From NCBI GenBank assembly GCA_034437895.1, contig DAOTTO010000358.1:7366-71365 (forward strand): a stretch of DNA of 64,000 nucleotides, in the 5' to 3' direction. The position numbers and the translations under genes were made by a program. Shown one piece after another: positions 39,958 to 50,712 of this stretch. Positions within the stretch are counted from its first letter, which is position 1, and each line of letters starts with the position of its first letter. This DNA is from Anaerolineae bacterium (GTDB lineage Bacteria > Chloroflexota > Anaerolineae > Aggregatilineales > Phototrophicaceae). The notes below the pieces were generated by a model, which worked only from the letters and a program-made list of their open reading frames with translations, did no database searches and had not been told where the DNA came from.

Positions 39958-41440
39958 AGGGTGCTTGGCGAGACCCACCTGTTGCTAAAGACAGGATACG
40001 GAAAAGGGGGCGCTCACGCGGGGTAACAGCCGTATTGATGATGGCATAACCGGTCACTTCATCACGCAGAGGGTCTGCTCCTTCTGTGAAGTTCAAGTTC
40101 CATAAAAACATCAAACCGACGTAGGGCAGGCTTTGCCCGATTTCAAAAGCGCGAATGGCGTAAGATGCCTGATTTTGGGCAGAATTATAGGTCATCCACG
40201 TTTCGGGCGCAGCGGCTGGGATACCTTCCCATGTGGCCCATCCGAACTCCGTCAGCCACATTTTGGCATCGATATCGCCGCTGGCAACCATAATGTTATG
40301 ATAGGCTTCAATGGTATCGAGGAAGAAGAAACGCGGGTCTTCATCCCACCCTCGATCACCGCCGGGGGTGCAGCATCGGGCATCAGGCGCGTTACCCCAG
40401 CCATAAGGATGGACACCAATGACGATATCCGCATACTGAGCGAGGCCGGCATTGTACATTTGCTGGAAAAATGCTCTATCATCGACGGCACCGGGAACAT
40501 TGGGGCCAACCGGAGCAAGACCCGCTGTAACAATGGTTAGTGTGGGTGAATAAGCACGAATTGCGTCGTGTGCAGCATCAAAAAGCTGCATATAGCCACC
40601 GCCGCTGAAAGGCAGTGAACCGCGCCACTCGCGGATGAGGTTCGGCTCATTCCAAACTTCGATTGCATCTGTGACTTCGCCAACTTTGGTATTCAGTATC
40701 AATGTAAGGAAATCTGCCAAAAGCTGCGGATTATCGGGTGGGCCATCTTCGGTTTGGTTTGATCTTGCCCAAGCAGGGGCTTTAGCGACACTCAATAAGA
40801 TATTAAATCCGGGTCGTGCCGCAGACTCCATCTGACGCTCGAATAATTGTAAGCGCTCGGTATCCTGAGGGCCATTGGGTTGCAAAAATGCCCAATTGAC
40901 CTGTACCTTAATCCAGCCTACGCCTGTTTCTTGTGCGAGGCTAATGGCTACTTCAAAATCGACCTGCTCCGACTGTGAGTAAATTTGCAACCCCATCCGA
41001 GAATAATCTAGACGGGGGACGGGCGTGGGGGACGGACCCGGTGTTTCAGTCGGACCGCCAGGTGTGGGCGTAATGGTCGGGATAGGGACGAGGGTTGTGG
41101 TGACGGGTGGCAGTGTTGGCAGCACATAATTCGGATCGGTTACGGGGCCACGGAAAGTTGCCGTCGGCATAGATGGGTCAGGTGTGTTGCTGGGGGCGGG
41201 TGTGTTCGTCTCTGTTGGAATAGTGGGTGTAGGTGAAAGGGTAGGTACGCCTGTTTCCGTTGATGTTTGGGTGGGTGCCAATGTTGGTACAGCGGTGGCG
41301 GTGATTGCGTTAGGATCAAGCGTGGGCGTAACAACAATGACGATAGGCTCTTGGGTGGTGCAGCCAAACAGGAGCATCATCCCGACTATGACCAAAATAG
41401 CTGAAAATTGGGAGTGTTTTATCATTCTCATGAGGGGCAT
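39956..41440 (-). CDS. Lipoprotein glycoside hydrolase, clan GH-A (GH5-like) fold
   Basis: It has the lipobox LLFGC and a P/T-rich linker. The catalytic-type motifs are VWNEPN (acid/base) and TEFGW (nucleophile). The family assignment is tentative. Confidence 0.7.
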   Translation of the reverse strand: MPLMRMIKHSQFSAILVIVGMMLLFGCTTQEPIVIVVTPTLDPNAITATAVPTLAPTQTSTETGVPTLSPTPTIPTETNTPAPSNTPDPSMPTATFRGPVTDPNYVLPTLPPVTTTLVPIPTITPTPGGPTETPGPSPTPVPRLDYSRMGLQIYSQSEQVDFEVAISLAQETGVGWIKVQVNWAFLQPNGPQDTERLQLFERQMESAARPGFNILLSVAKAPAWARSNQTEDGPPDNPQLLADFLTLILNTKVGEVTDAIEVWNEPNLIREWRGSLPFSGGGYMQLFDAAHDAIRAYSPTLTIVTAGLAPVGPNVPGAVDDRAFFQQMYNAGLAQYADIVIGVHPYGWGNAPDARCCTPGGDRGWDEDPRFFFLDTIEAYHNIMVASGDIDAKMWLTEFGWATWEGIPAAAPETWMTYNSAQNQASYAIRAFEIGQSLPYVGLMFLWNLNFTEGADPLRDEVTGYAIINTAVTPRERPLFRILSLATGGSRQAP

Positions 41441-41510
41441 ACTACCACAGCCCTGTAGGATGCGCTACGGCGTTTGATGAGACTTCTTGCGTGATGTTGG
41501 TGTATTTCCG

Positions 41511-41519
41511 TGCTATAAT
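41511..41519 (+). promoter_or_regulatory. Extended -10 element TGCTATAAT, candidate gyrA promoter
   Basis: The exact TGCTATAAT lies 85 nt upstream of the gyrA ATG. I found no good -35. Confidence 0.4.
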
Positions 41520-41603
41520 AGAACATATATTCCCATTTGGTTGGTTGACATCATTTTGTTCACGCCCTAGAATGAGGCGAGTTCTTATTTCCGAGGAAAA
41601 TTT

Positions 41604-44102
41604 ATGAATATTGGTGATATTCAACAGGTGAACATCGAGCAAGAGATGCGCGATGCTTATCTGGATTATGCGATGAGTGTTATTGTGGCGCGGGCGCTGC
41701 CGGATGCGCGTGATGGGCTAAAGCCGGTTCATCGCCGCATTCTTTATGCAATGTATGATATGGGGCTGCGTGCTGATACTGCTTATAAAAAGAGCGCACG
41801 TATTGTCGGTGAGGTGCTGGGTAAATATCATCCGCATGGCGATGCAGCAGTCTATGAATCGATGGTACGTCTAGCGCAAGATTTTTCGCTGCGATATATG
41901 CTGGTGGCAGGGCAGGGCAACTTCGGCAGCATTGACGGTGACGGCGCGGCTGCCATGCGCTATACCGAGGCACGGATGGCAGAAATTGGCGAGGAACTCC
42001 TCGTCGATATTGGGAAGGATACCGTCGATTTTACTGATAATTTCGACGGCAGTTTGCAAGAGCCGAGTGTGCTGCCTTCCAGCTTTCCGAATTTACTCGT
42101 AAATGGGTCGTCTGGGATTGCGGTGGGCATGTCTACCAGTATTCCGCCGCATAATCTGAATGAGATTTGCGACGCGCTGGTTTATATGCTGAAAAACTGG
42201 GAAACGCTGGACGATATTGGTGTTCAGGAACTCATGAAGTTCGTGAAGGGGCCAGATTTCCCGACTGGTGGGCTGGTCTATCGCCATCAAGATGGCGGAG
42301 AGGGCGAAGATACCCTTGTTACGGCCTATGCGACGGGGCAAGGGAAGATTATCGTCCGCGCCAAAGCCCACATTGAAGACATGGGGCGGGGCAAAGCACG
42401 AATCATCATCAGCGAAATGCCGTATCAGGTCAACAAAACGACCTTAATCGAGCGTATTGCGACGGTGGTGCGTGAAGGCAAAATCGAAGGCATTGCTGAT
42501 CTGCGCGATGAATCTGACCGTCAAGGGATGCGTTTGGTGGTTGAACTTCAGCGCGGCGCGGAACCTACTCCGGTGCTAGCGGCATTGTTTAAACTTACGC
42601 CATTGCAGGATACATTCAGCATTCGTATTTTGGCGTTAGTAGAAAATCAACCGCGTTTATTGAGCCTAAAACAAGCGCTGCGGGTTTATCTCGATCATCG
42701 GCTTGTCATCGTCCAGCGCCGCAGTGAATATGATCTGGCACGGGCTAAGGAACGCGCTCATATCCTTGAAGGTTTGCTTAAGGCGTTGGATCACTTGGAT
42801 GAAGTCATCCGCATTATTCGTGCTTCACAAACGACTGAGGCCGCCCGCGATAATTTGATGAGTGCCTTTAGCTTGAGCGAAATTCAATCGCAGGCGATTC
42901 TTGATATGCAGCTACGCCGTCTCGCTGCATTAGAGCGTAAAAAGATACAGGACGAATACGATGAGAAAATCAAGCTGATCGTATATTTTGAAGGACTGCT
43001 GCAAAGCCCTGAGAAGATGCGTAGCGTGATTTCTGAAGAGCTGAGTGTCATCAAATCCGCTTATGGTGATAAACGCCGCACCGTGATTGTGGATGGTACC
43101 GCCAGCAGTGCGCGGGTGGAAGATTTGCTGATGCCAGAAGAAAAGACATGGATTACGTTGACGACCAGCGGCAAGTTAGCCCGTACTATGACGGATGCTG
43201 CGCCAAAAGTCACGAGTGCTGCTAAAGAGCCGCCACGTTTTATCCTAGAAGGTTCGACGGCGCATATCCTTTATCTGTTCAGTCGTAAGGGGGAATGTGC
43301 CACGATTCCGGTTCAATCGCTTCCGCAAGTTGAAGAGCCTACCGAAGGCGCACCGTTTAATGATTTATGTCCTTTTAGCAGCAAGGAAGAAATTGTTACG
43401 GTATTGAGCCTGCCGGGAGATTTAGAAACCGGCTATTTATTCTTTGCCAGCGAAGGGGGGCAAGTGAAGCGCATCCGCTGCCAAGATTTGCCGGGGATGT
43501 CTTCTAACGCTTTTGCTGTGATGAATGTTGGCGATGATCGTCTTTCGTTTGTCTTCTCAACGGACGGTGAGCGTGAAATTCTGCTCACCACTGACCAAGC
43601 CCAATCAATCCGCTTTAAAGAGAATGAAGTGCGTCCGACGGGTTTGCCTGCTGGTGGGATGCGTGGGATTAAGCTGCTTGGTGAAAAAGATAAGGTTGTT
43701 GGCGCAAATATTGTGGTGGATGGCGCTTATGTCTGGACGATCACTGACGATGGGATTGCTAAGATTTCCGAAATGAATGAGTATCCCACGCAGGGACGCG
43801 CTGGCGGGGGGGTCATTACGATGCGGCTCGGCAAGACCAGCAAGGCTGTTGCAGCGACAGCGGTGGGAAGCGCGAATGATACTGTCATTATTTTGAGCAA
43901 CAAAGATAAAGCAAAACCGACCAAAATTGGGGCAGCACCAGTGGTGAAGCGCGGAAGGGCGGGCGGCTCTGAAATCTTTAAACCAACCCGCCAGAACGAA
44001 GCGATTGCAGGCGTGGTGATGTATCAGGAGCGTTATTCTGCGCCCGATTTACTTCCCGAATCTATTCAAACACTGGTTGAGCCGGAGACAGAAGCCTCCT
44101 AA
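41604..44102 (+). CDS. gyrA: DNA gyrase subunit A
   Basis: 832 aa. The N-terminus is canonical ([32 protein letters not shown]), the active-site Tyr context is [10 protein letters not shown], and a C-terminal beta-pinwheel is present. Confidence 0.97.
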   Translation: MNIGDIQQVNIEQEMRDAYLDYAMSVIVARALPDARDGLKPVHRRILYAMYDMGLRADTAYKKSARIVGEVLGKYHPHGDAAVYESMVRLAQDFSLRYMLVAGQGNFGSIDGDGAAAMRYTEARMAEIGEELLVDIGKDTVDFTDNFDGSLQEPSVLPSSFPNLLVNGSSGIAVGMSTSIPPHNLNEICDALVYMLKNWETLDDIGVQELMKFVKGPDFPTGGLVYRHQDGGEGEDTLVTAYATGQGKIIVRAKAHIEDMGRGKARIIISEMPYQVNKTTLIERIATVVREGKIEGIADLRDESDRQGMRLVVELQRGAEPTPVLAALFKLTPLQDTFSIRILALVENQPRLLSLKQALRVYLDHRLVIVQRRSEYDLARAKERAHILEGLLKALDHLDEVIRIIRASQTTEAARDNLMSAFSLSEIQSQAILDMQLRRLAALERKKIQDEYDEKIKLIVYFEGLLQSPEKMRSVISEELSVIKSAYGDKRRTVIVDGTASSARVEDLLMPEEKTWITLTTSGKLARTMTDAAPKVTSAAKEPPRFILEGSTAHILYLFSRKGECATIPVQSLPQVEEPTEGAPFNDLCPFSSKEEIVTVLSLPGDLETGYLFFASEGGQVKRIRCQDLPGMSSNAFAVMNVGDDRLSFVFSTDGEREILLTTDQAQSIRFKENEVRPTGLPAGGMRGIKLLGEKDKVVGANIVVDGAYVWTITDDGIAKISEMNEYPTQGRAGGGVITMRLGKTSKAVAATAVGSANDTVIILSNKDKAKPTKIGAAPVVKRGRAGGSEIFKPTRQNEAIAGVVMYQERYSAPDLLPESIQTLVEPETEAS

Positions 44103-44178
44103 TTGTTAAGGCGGGAGGACGACCCATCATCGCTCCTCCCGTTATAGCTTAAATCATAGGACTTACGCAGGTGAGCAA

Positions 44179-44257
44179 GTTTTGAGTTAAAAGTTGTTGG
44201 TCTGTGGGCCTTTGTAAGGACAAAGAGTTTCCCTTACAGTTGGTTTTAACTAAAAAC
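44179..44257. repeat. ~80-nt palindromic intergenic element
   Basis: The 14-nt arms GTTTTGAGTTAAAA (44179-44192) and TTTTAACTAAAAAC (44244-44257) have one mismatch. They enclose an inner 7-bp stem, TGTAAGG (44214-44220) pairing with CCTTACA (44232-44238). Confidence 0.55.
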
Positions 44258-44285
44258 TAATTACTCTGAACTCCGCAACTTCTAA

Positions 44286-45476
44286 TCAAAGGGAATGTTC
44301 GAGTTCGCGGCGAATCGTGGCTGCCATTTCTTGTAATTGTGCATCTGGAAAAATTCCTGGCTCACTGCTTAGTTCTGCTGAAAGCTGCGCGTAAACTGCC
44401 AGCGCGTCGTCGTGCATATTGAGTTCGTGGTAGAGGCGCATAATGTTGGAGACTAACTCTCCGCGCTGACGATTGATAGCCGCCGCCTGCAAATATAAGC
44501 CAAGCGCGTGCGGTTTATCGCCTAATTCCTCTTTTGTTTTGGCTAAGGCTGCTAAGGCTTCTCCGTAATTTTGTGCCAATTCCATTCGGCGACGTTTTGT
44601 CCAATCGGCCTCTGTTGCACTTAAATAAGGGCCTTGATAGAGGGTAGTGGCGCGTGTTAATAGAGAGGCCGATTCTTCCAAAGGCGCGATGGCACTGTTG
44701 TTGACCATTTCTGTGAATAAAATAACATCATAACTCAGCCTAATATCGGGAGAGATGCGGTAAAAACCTGACCAATAGGTGGTTAAATCAATCCCAAGAA
44801 CTTCGCTGATTTTACGTTTGGTAACATGAAACACGTTGGTGGCCTCGCGCACAGGCAGATTAGGCCAGAAGGTTTCAAAAATCTCGTTGCGTGTCGCCAT
44901 GCCACGATCTACAAGATAGAAAAAGAGTGAACGCGGCAGTACACCATCCCAATTATCGACACTCTGCCCATTGAGCAAAACTCGGCCTTCGCCAAAAGCC
45001 CGAACTTCGAGTAAGGATGCTGCCTCGTCACGGCGGGCATAATCCCACAACATGATCGGCTCGTCATCGGGGATAAAGGCGGTTTGATGACGTAATTCCT
45101 CATTCTCTAACACACACTGGGGCATTTCTCGGCTGAAAAGGATAATTCGTCCACTACCTACTTCATGGACGATTTGTTCGAGGAAAAAATCAAGCTCGTC
45201 TGGCAAGGCGCGATCACATTCGTCAAGGATGACGACGCTGGATTTAGGCAAAGCGGCGCTGCCGTTTTGGGTAGAAATCGCTTGTTCAAGCTGTTCACGG
45301 AGCTGAGTCCGATTGAGCTTTGCGCCACTAAAGCGTGTATAAATGGCTTGGTCGTCTAAAAATACACCCAAGACCACATGCTGTTCAGCATAATTTGGAT
45401 GCACAACAACAAGCCGAATTTTGGAGTCTAACGCTTGTAGCTGTTGGATGACAAGCTCTCGTAAGTGATTGAACAT
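44286..45476 (-). CDS. SARP/BTAD-like transcriptional regulator with an unusual N-terminal domain
   Basis: The central OmpR/PhoB-type wHTH is LEVRAFGEGRVLLNGQSV...LFFYLVDRGMATRNEIFETFWP. The C-terminal helical-repeat BTAD-like region is LYQGPYL...ALGLYLQAAAI...ALAVYAQL. The N-terminal ~150 aa have a Walker-B-like VVILDECD but no P-loop. The start is taken at the ATG giving MFNHL. Confidence 0.65.
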   Translation of the reverse strand: MFNHLRELVIQQLQALDSKIRLVVVHPNYAEQHVVLGVFLDDQAIYTRFSGAKLNRTQLREQLEQAISTQNGSAALPKSSVVILDECDRALPDELDFFLEQIVHEVGSGRIILFSREMPQCVLENEELRHQTAFIPDDEPIMLWDYARRDEAASLLEVRAFGEGRVLLNGQSVDNWDGVLPRSLFFYLVDRGMATRNEIFETFWPNLPVREATNVFHVTKRKISEVLGIDLTTYWSGFYRISPDIRLSYDVILFTEMVNNSAIAPLEESASLLTRATTLYQGPYLSATEADWTKRRRMELAQNYGEALAALAKTKEELGDKPHALGLYLQAAAINRQRGELVSNIMRLYHELNMHDDALAVYAQLSAELSSEPGIFPDAQLQEMAATIRRELEHSL

Positions 45477-45628
45477 AACGCATTCTCCGATTTTAGTGGT
45501 ACGTTTGACTGTAAAACACAAGACGAGGCTTTATATACACATGATCTTAAGAAGATAAGACCTGTATTCATAATAAGGCACTTCTGAATCTTTGGCAACC
45601 ACTTACAATTTAGATTCTAGGTCGCTTT

Positions 45629-47854
45629 TTACGCTGAATTACAGCGATAGGCTTCTCGTACACTGCGAATTGTTTCGATTTTGGAAAGGACACGAGTCAA
45701 CTGCTGATTATTGCCAATTTCCATGGTGATATGGAGGGTGGCGATCTCTTGCCGGGTGGAAACGCGCACTTCGGAGATATTGACTTTTTCATCGGCGATG
45801 ATGGTACTAATATCGCGGATCAGCCCCTCTCGATCATAAGCGATAATTTCCACTGGGACGGAATAGCGGCGTTCAGGGTTAATCCCGCCCCAAGAAACGT
45901 CAATCAGTCGCTCTGGCTCGCTTAAAGAAAGCATATTAGAACAATCCCGGCGATGGACGGTTACACCGCGTCCGCGTGTGACATAGCCTACAATTTCGTC
46001 TCCCGGCATCGGGCTGCAACATTTCGCCATACTGACGAGCAAGCCGCCTGTCCCTAAAATCGTCACACCGTTGCCATTGGGGTCATCTTGAACAGATGGT
46101 CCGGTACGGGGTTTGACCTTAAGGAAGGAGTTGGAATCCTTCAGGCGCTGTTTTTCGCGTTCCTCGTCTAATACCTTGTGGGAGATTTGTGCGCCGTTAA
46201 TGTCGCCTGCGCCGACTGACGCAAGGAAATCTTCAACCTTTGCAATATCAAAAAGATTGGCGACGGCCTCAAACGACATGCTATCCAATACACCCATGCG
46301 CTTAAGTTCGCGTTCCAGCACTTCGCGCCCTAGCACGATATGTTTGTCACGATTCAATTTGCGGAAGTAATAGCGGATTTTATCACGCGCCCGCGCCGTA
46401 TTAACGTAGCCTAGATCAGTATTCAACCAGTCCATACTAGGGCCGCCACGTTTAGACGTGAGGATTTCTATTTGGTCGCCTGTTTTGAGTTGATGATCGA
46501 GGCTGACGAGCCGACCATGAACTTTTGCGCCCCGGCACCGATGCCCGATTTCGGTGTGGACATGATAGGCAAAGTCGATAGGCGTAGCGCCCACAGGCAG
46601 ATCAATAATATCGCCGTGCGGGGTATAGGCGTAAACGCGATCTTGGAAAACTTCACTTTTCATCGTGTCAAGGAAGGTTTCGGGGTCGGCGTTTACGTCG
46701 GGGCCAAATTCCATCAAGCGGCGCAGATAACTTAAGCGCTCGGCAAATTTTTCGTCATGCTGGCGATTACCTTCTTTGTAGCGCCAATGGGCGGCGACCC
46801 CATATTCAGAGTGTTCGTGCATCTCCCATGTGCGAATTTGCACTTCTACCGTTTTGCCGTTTTTGTCGATGACGGCGGTATGCAGACTTTGATAAAAATT
46901 ATCCTTGGGCGCGGCGATGTAATCATCAAATTCTTGCATGATGGGTCGCCATAGGCTGTGGACAATACCCAGCGAGAGGTAGCACTGTGGAATGGTGTCG
47001 CAGATGACGCGGATGGCACGGATATCATAAATTTCACTAAAAGGCAGCCCTTTGCGTTGCATCTTTTTGTAGATGCTATAGATGTGCTTAGGTCGCCAGC
47101 TAATGGCGGCGTTTTCGATGCCGTGCTTGACGAGTTCGGCGCGAAGGGTATCCGCGACATTTTTCATGTAGGTTTCACGGTCAATGCGGCGTTCTTCAAG
47201 GTTATTGGCGATAGATTTATAGGCATCTGGTTCGAGGTAACGGAACGAGAGGTCTTCCAGTTCCCACTTAATTTGCCAGATTCCCAGCCGATTGGCTAAG
47301 GGAGCGAAAATATCCATCGTCTCTTTGGCGATGATTTTTTGCTTATGAGCGGGCATATAGCCGAGTGTCCGCATGTTGTGGAGGCGATCCGCCAGTTTGA
47401 TAAGGACGGTGCGAACATCATCCCCCATCGTGAGCAGCATTTTGCGGATATATTCCAGTTCGCGGTTGGTGTCACGAGGGCGTTTGCCTGTTTGGTCTTT
47501 TTCAACATTGATCGGCAGTTTTTTGAGTTTGGTTACGCCGTCGATCATCCGTGCGATACTTTTGCCGAATTCACGCTCAATGTCGTCAATCGTCACGTCA
47601 GTATCTTCTACAATATCGTGCATCAGGGCGGCAGAAATCGCTTCCGCATCTAGTTTCATATCGGCTAAAATGCTGGCAACAGCGAAGCAGTGGGTGAAAT
47701 AGGGTTCGCCCGATTTACGGATTTGTCCGGCGTGGGCAATTTCGGCACGTTGATAGGCGCGTTCTATGAGGGCGCGGTCATTTTGGTTGAGGTCGGTTAG
47801 CGTAGTCAGCAGCGAATTTAGATCCGTCGCAGTGGATATAACGGTTGGAGGCAT
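45629..47854 (-). CDS. relA: Bifunctional (p)ppGpp synthetase/hydrolase, RelA/SpoT (Rsh) family
   Basis: 741 aa. It has the HD hydrolase motif (HDIVEDT), the synthetase region (RPKHIYSIYKKM...YQSLHT), a TGS domain (VYAYTPHGDIIDLPVGATPIDFAY) and a C-terminal ACT domain. Confidence 0.95.
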   Translation of the reverse strand: MPPTVISTATDLNSLLTTLTDLNQNDRALIERAYQRAEIAHAGQIRKSGEPYFTHCFAVASILADMKLDAEAISAALMHDIVEDTDVTIDDIEREFGKSIARMIDGVTKLKKLPINVEKDQTGKRPRDTNRELEYIRKMLLTMGDDVRTVLIKLADRLHNMRTLGYMPAHKQKIIAKETMDIFAPLANRLGIWQIKWELEDLSFRYLEPDAYKSIANNLEERRIDRETYMKNVADTLRAELVKHGIENAAISWRPKHIYSIYKKMQRKGLPFSEIYDIRAIRVICDTIPQCYLSLGIVHSLWRPIMQEFDDYIAAPKDNFYQSLHTAVIDKNGKTVEVQIRTWEMHEHSEYGVAAHWRYKEGNRQHDEKFAERLSYLRRLMEFGPDVNADPETFLDTMKSEVFQDRVYAYTPHGDIIDLPVGATPIDFAYHVHTEIGHRCRGAKVHGRLVSLDHQLKTGDQIEILTSKRGGPSMDWLNTDLGYVNTARARDKIRYYFRKLNRDKHIVLGREVLERELKRMGVLDSMSFEAVANLFDIAKVEDFLASVGAGDINGAQISHKVLDEEREKQRLKDSNSFLKVKPRTGPSVQDDPNGNGVTILGTGGLLVSMAKCCSPMPGDEIVGYVTRGRGVTVHRRDCSNMLSLSEPERLIDVSWGGINPERRYSVPVEIIAYDREGLIRDISTIIADEKVNISEVRVSTRQEIATLHITMEIGNNQQLTRVLSKIETIRSVREAYRCNSA

Positions 47855-47986
47855 AGTTTACACCCCGGAAATCCAGATTTTTAAGACGTTAATCAATGAT
47901 TATAGCGTACATTCGGCCTTTTCATCCAAAAGACATAACGGCACAATAGATATTTAACGGACTTCTTATAGTCGGAGGGCAAAACA

Positions 47987-49216
47987 TTGACCGACTTATT
48001 AAATGTTGATACAGCGCTTGAACGTATTTTAGCGCAAATTGAACAAGTAGGTGCTGAAGAGGTAGATTTTAGTGAAGCGTTGGGGCGTGTGTTGGCGGTG
48101 GATGTTTATGCCAACCTCAATTTGCCGCCGTTTGCCAATTCTAGTATGGACGGATATGCGGTACGTGCAGCCGATATTGTCAGTACTCCGGTTGTATTGA
48201 CGGTTGGGATGGACATCACAGCGGGCAAAGTGGCGGAGCGTGGCTTAGAATCTGGTGAAGCTGCTCGTATCATGACGGGTGCGCCGATGCCGGAGGGTGC
48301 GGATGCTGTTGTCCCGGTTGAAGATACCGATGGAAAATGGGATAGCCAAGGAGAAACACCTGCCTCAGAACAAGTCACCATCCAAAAGAGCGTACAAGCT
48401 GGTGCTTATGTGCGCTCTATCGGGGAGGACATTACCGAAGGACAACTTATCCTCACTGCTGGTACTTTGTTACGTCCACAGGAAATCGGTGTCCTTGTGG
48501 GTTTGGGAGAAGCAAAAGTTAAGGTCATCCGCAGACCTCGTGTCGTGATTTTATCGACGGGCGATGAGCTTTTGGGCGTGGGTGAGCCACTTGTCCCTGG
48601 TAAAATTCACGATATGAACAGCTATGTGCTGGCGGGGTTGGTCACAGAGTATGGTGGTCATGCGCTTCGCTTGCCGATTGCGCGGGATACACTGGATGAA
48701 ATCCGTACCTTGTTTAAGACGGCACTCATGCAGCAACCGGATATGATAATTAGTTCGGCGGGTGTCTCTGTCGGTGCGGCGGATTTTATTCGCACGGTTC
48801 TGGCAGAATCCGGGGAAGTCGATTTTTGGCGGATTAATTTGCGCCCTGGTAAACCGTTGGCCTTCGGGCAGGTGCAGGGGATTCCGTTTTTTGGGCTGCC
48901 GGGTAATCCTGTTTCGGCGATGGTGACATTTGATGTGTTAGTGCGTCCAGCTTTGCTTAAACAGGGTGGTCGCAACCAAGACTGGTCAATCGCTGAGGCT
49001 ATTCTCACCCACGATCTGCAATCTGACGGACGACGAAGCTATATCCGGGTAAAGCTAGAAAGCAAAGAGGGCAAACTTTATGCGACGAGTACAGGTACGC
49101 AAAGTTCCGGCGCGTTAACATCGATGGTGATGGCGGATGGGTTATTGATTATCCCAGAAGACCTCATTGATGTTAAAGCGGGTATAGCCCTGTCGGTTCG
49201 TCTGCTGCATAAGTGA
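47987..49216 (+). CDS. moeA: Molybdopterin molybdenumtransferase
   Basis: 409 aa. MoeA motifs are present (SSMDGYAV, ILSTGDEL, PGKIHDMNS, GLPGNPVSA). The TTG start follows GGAGGG. Confidence 0.9.
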   Translation: MTDLLNVDTALERILAQIEQVGAEEVDFSEALGRVLAVDVYANLNLPPFANSSMDGYAVRAADIVSTPVVLTVGMDITAGKVAERGLESGEAARIMTGAPMPEGADAVVPVEDTDGKWDSQGETPASEQVTIQKSVQAGAYVRSIGEDITEGQLILTAGTLLRPQEIGVLVGLGEAKVKVIRRPRVVILSTGDELLGVGEPLVPGKIHDMNSYVLAGLVTEYGGHALRLPIARDTLDEIRTLFKTALMQQPDMIISSAGVSVGAADFIRTVLAESGEVDFWRINLRPGKPLAFGQVQGIPFFGLPGNPVSAMVTFDVLVRPALLKQGGRNQDWSIAEAILTHDLQSDGRRSYIRVKLESKEGKLYATSTGTQSSGALTSMVMADGLLIIPEDLIDVKAGIALSVRLLHK

Positions 49217-49296
49217 AGCGCAACAAGATAAGTTTTAAGACGAGTCGTTTTCACTCGTTAACGGGTATACGTTAGTCAATAGAGGAGCATGGGATT

Positions 49297-49812
49297 ATGT
49301 CTGTCAAACAAGCGGAACAAACGGTGGGTAGCGTCGAAGGAGCGCAACCGCGCTTTCAGCTTTCGCTGCGGCTCATCAGTATCCTATTGGTGATTTTTGG
49401 ATTAGGCATCAGTGGCTATCTCAGCTATGTAAAGCTGACTGATGTGCCGATGGTATGTAGCGCAAATGGCGCATTTGACTGCGGCGCGGTGCAGGGCAGT
49501 GTTTACTCTGAATTGGGTGGTATTCCGATTGCGTGGATGGGTTTCGCTGTCAATATTCTGATGCTTACTATTTTGCTTTTAGAGCCGCGTGTTGAATTTT
49601 TGCGGCAAAGTGGTAATGGGGTCATGCTACTTTTTGGGATCGTACTATTTGCGGCATTGTATTCTGTTTATCTGATTTATATTCAAGGTGTAGTGCTGCA
49701 AGCATGGTGTATGTGGTGTTTAATGCACGAGGCTTATATTTTTATCTTGTTTGGCGTGACATTGTGGCGTGTAATCGTGATTCTCTCCAAAACAGAGGTA
49801 GAAGCGCACTAA
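49297..49812 (+). CDS. Vitamin K epoxide reductase (VKOR) family membrane protein
   Basis: It has four hydrophobic helices, the loop cysteines CSANGAFDC and the CxxC motif CMWC. Confidence 0.8.
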   Translation: MSVKQAEQTVGSVEGAQPRFQLSLRLISILLVIFGLGISGYLSYVKLTDVPMVCSANGAFDCGAVQGSVYSELGGIPIAWMGFAVNILMLTILLLEPRVEFLRQSGNGVMLLFGIVLFAALYSVYLIYIQGVVLQAWCMWCLMHEAYIFILFGVTLWRVIVILSKTEVEAH

Positions 49813-49818
49813 AACACC

Positions 49819-50604
49819 TTACGATGATACTAAACGTTGGCGTAGTGCCTCAAACATGAATAATGCGCCGGAAACCGACACGTTCAGCGAATCGGATAAA
49901 ACGCCTTCCATAGGGATGCGGACGCGGCTGCTGGATTGGGACAACCAATGAGCATCTAGTCCGCGATCTTCCGTCCCCATAATGACGGCAGATTTTTGGG
50001 TGAAGTCCACTTCAAAAATGGACTTTTCGCCTTCTACGGCTGCCGCTACGATTTTATAAGTCTTTGAGTGCAGAAAGTCAATCGCGGTGGCGCTGCTAAT
50101 GCTGTAGATATTGTTCAGGAATACTGCCCCGGTGCTGCTGCGGATGATGTTTGGATTATACAAATCGAGCGCAATGTCAATGAGTAAAACCGCTTTAAAC
50201 CCGGCGGCATCCGCAGACCGAAGTAGTGCGCCGATGTTGCCGGGTTTTTGTAAATTGACTAAGCCCAAGATATATGATGCACTGATTTCGTGAAGGTAAG
50301 AGACATCTTTGTGCTGCGTCTGCTTAATAACGGCGATAACGGGCGATGGGTTCTCCCTGTAGCTGAGTTTTTCCATGATTTCGCGGGAGACTTCATAAAC
50401 AGGTGCCGCTGGGAGCGTAACATCATTGTGATCTAAAGCAGGGCAGTAAAAAAGATAGTCAATCGCGTAACCACAGGTTACGGCGCGTTCTAAGTCGCGC
50501 TCGTAATCAATCACAAAGCGTTTTTCGCTCTCTCGACCTTTTTTATCGCGCAGTTTGTTGATCTGTTTTACGCGGGGATTTTGTAAGCTAAGAATGCGTT
50601 TCAT
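49819..50604 (-). CDS. TrmH/SpoU-family RNA 2'-O-methyltransferase
   Basis: SpoU motifs are present (QKPGNIGALLRSADAAG; IMGTEDRGL; IPMEGVLSDSLNVSVSGALFMFE). The target RNA is unknown. Confidence 0.85.
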   Translation of the reverse strand: MKRILSLQNPRVKQINKLRDKKGRESEKRFVIDYERDLERAVTCGYAIDYLFYCPALDHNDVTLPAAPVYEVSREIMEKLSYRENPSPVIAVIKQTQHKDVSYLHEISASYILGLVNLQKPGNIGALLRSADAAGFKAVLLIDIALDLYNPNIIRSSTGAVFLNNIYSISSATAIDFLHSKTYKIVAAAVEGEKSIFEVDFTQKSAVIMGTEDRGLDAHWLSQSSSRVRIPMEGVLSDSLNVSVSGALFMFEALRQRLVSS

Positions 50605-50650
50605 ACGTTTTTATTTTTAAGTCACAGATAAGTTTATTAAAGAAAACATG

Positions 50651-50712
50651 AACCACAGAGGAGACAAAGGTCACAGAGACTCGAATTCAAATTCTTGGTA
50701 TCTTGGCGGCTC
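50651..50712. repeat. Intergenic CACAGAG repeat element, copy B
   Basis: The 9-nt-phased units are CACAGAG (50654), GACAAAG (50663) and CACAGAG (50672). The first ~34 nt align to copy A at about 27 of 34 positions by eye. It is followed by TTCTTGGTATCTTGGCGGCTC, which is also 9-nt phased. Confidence 0.65.
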
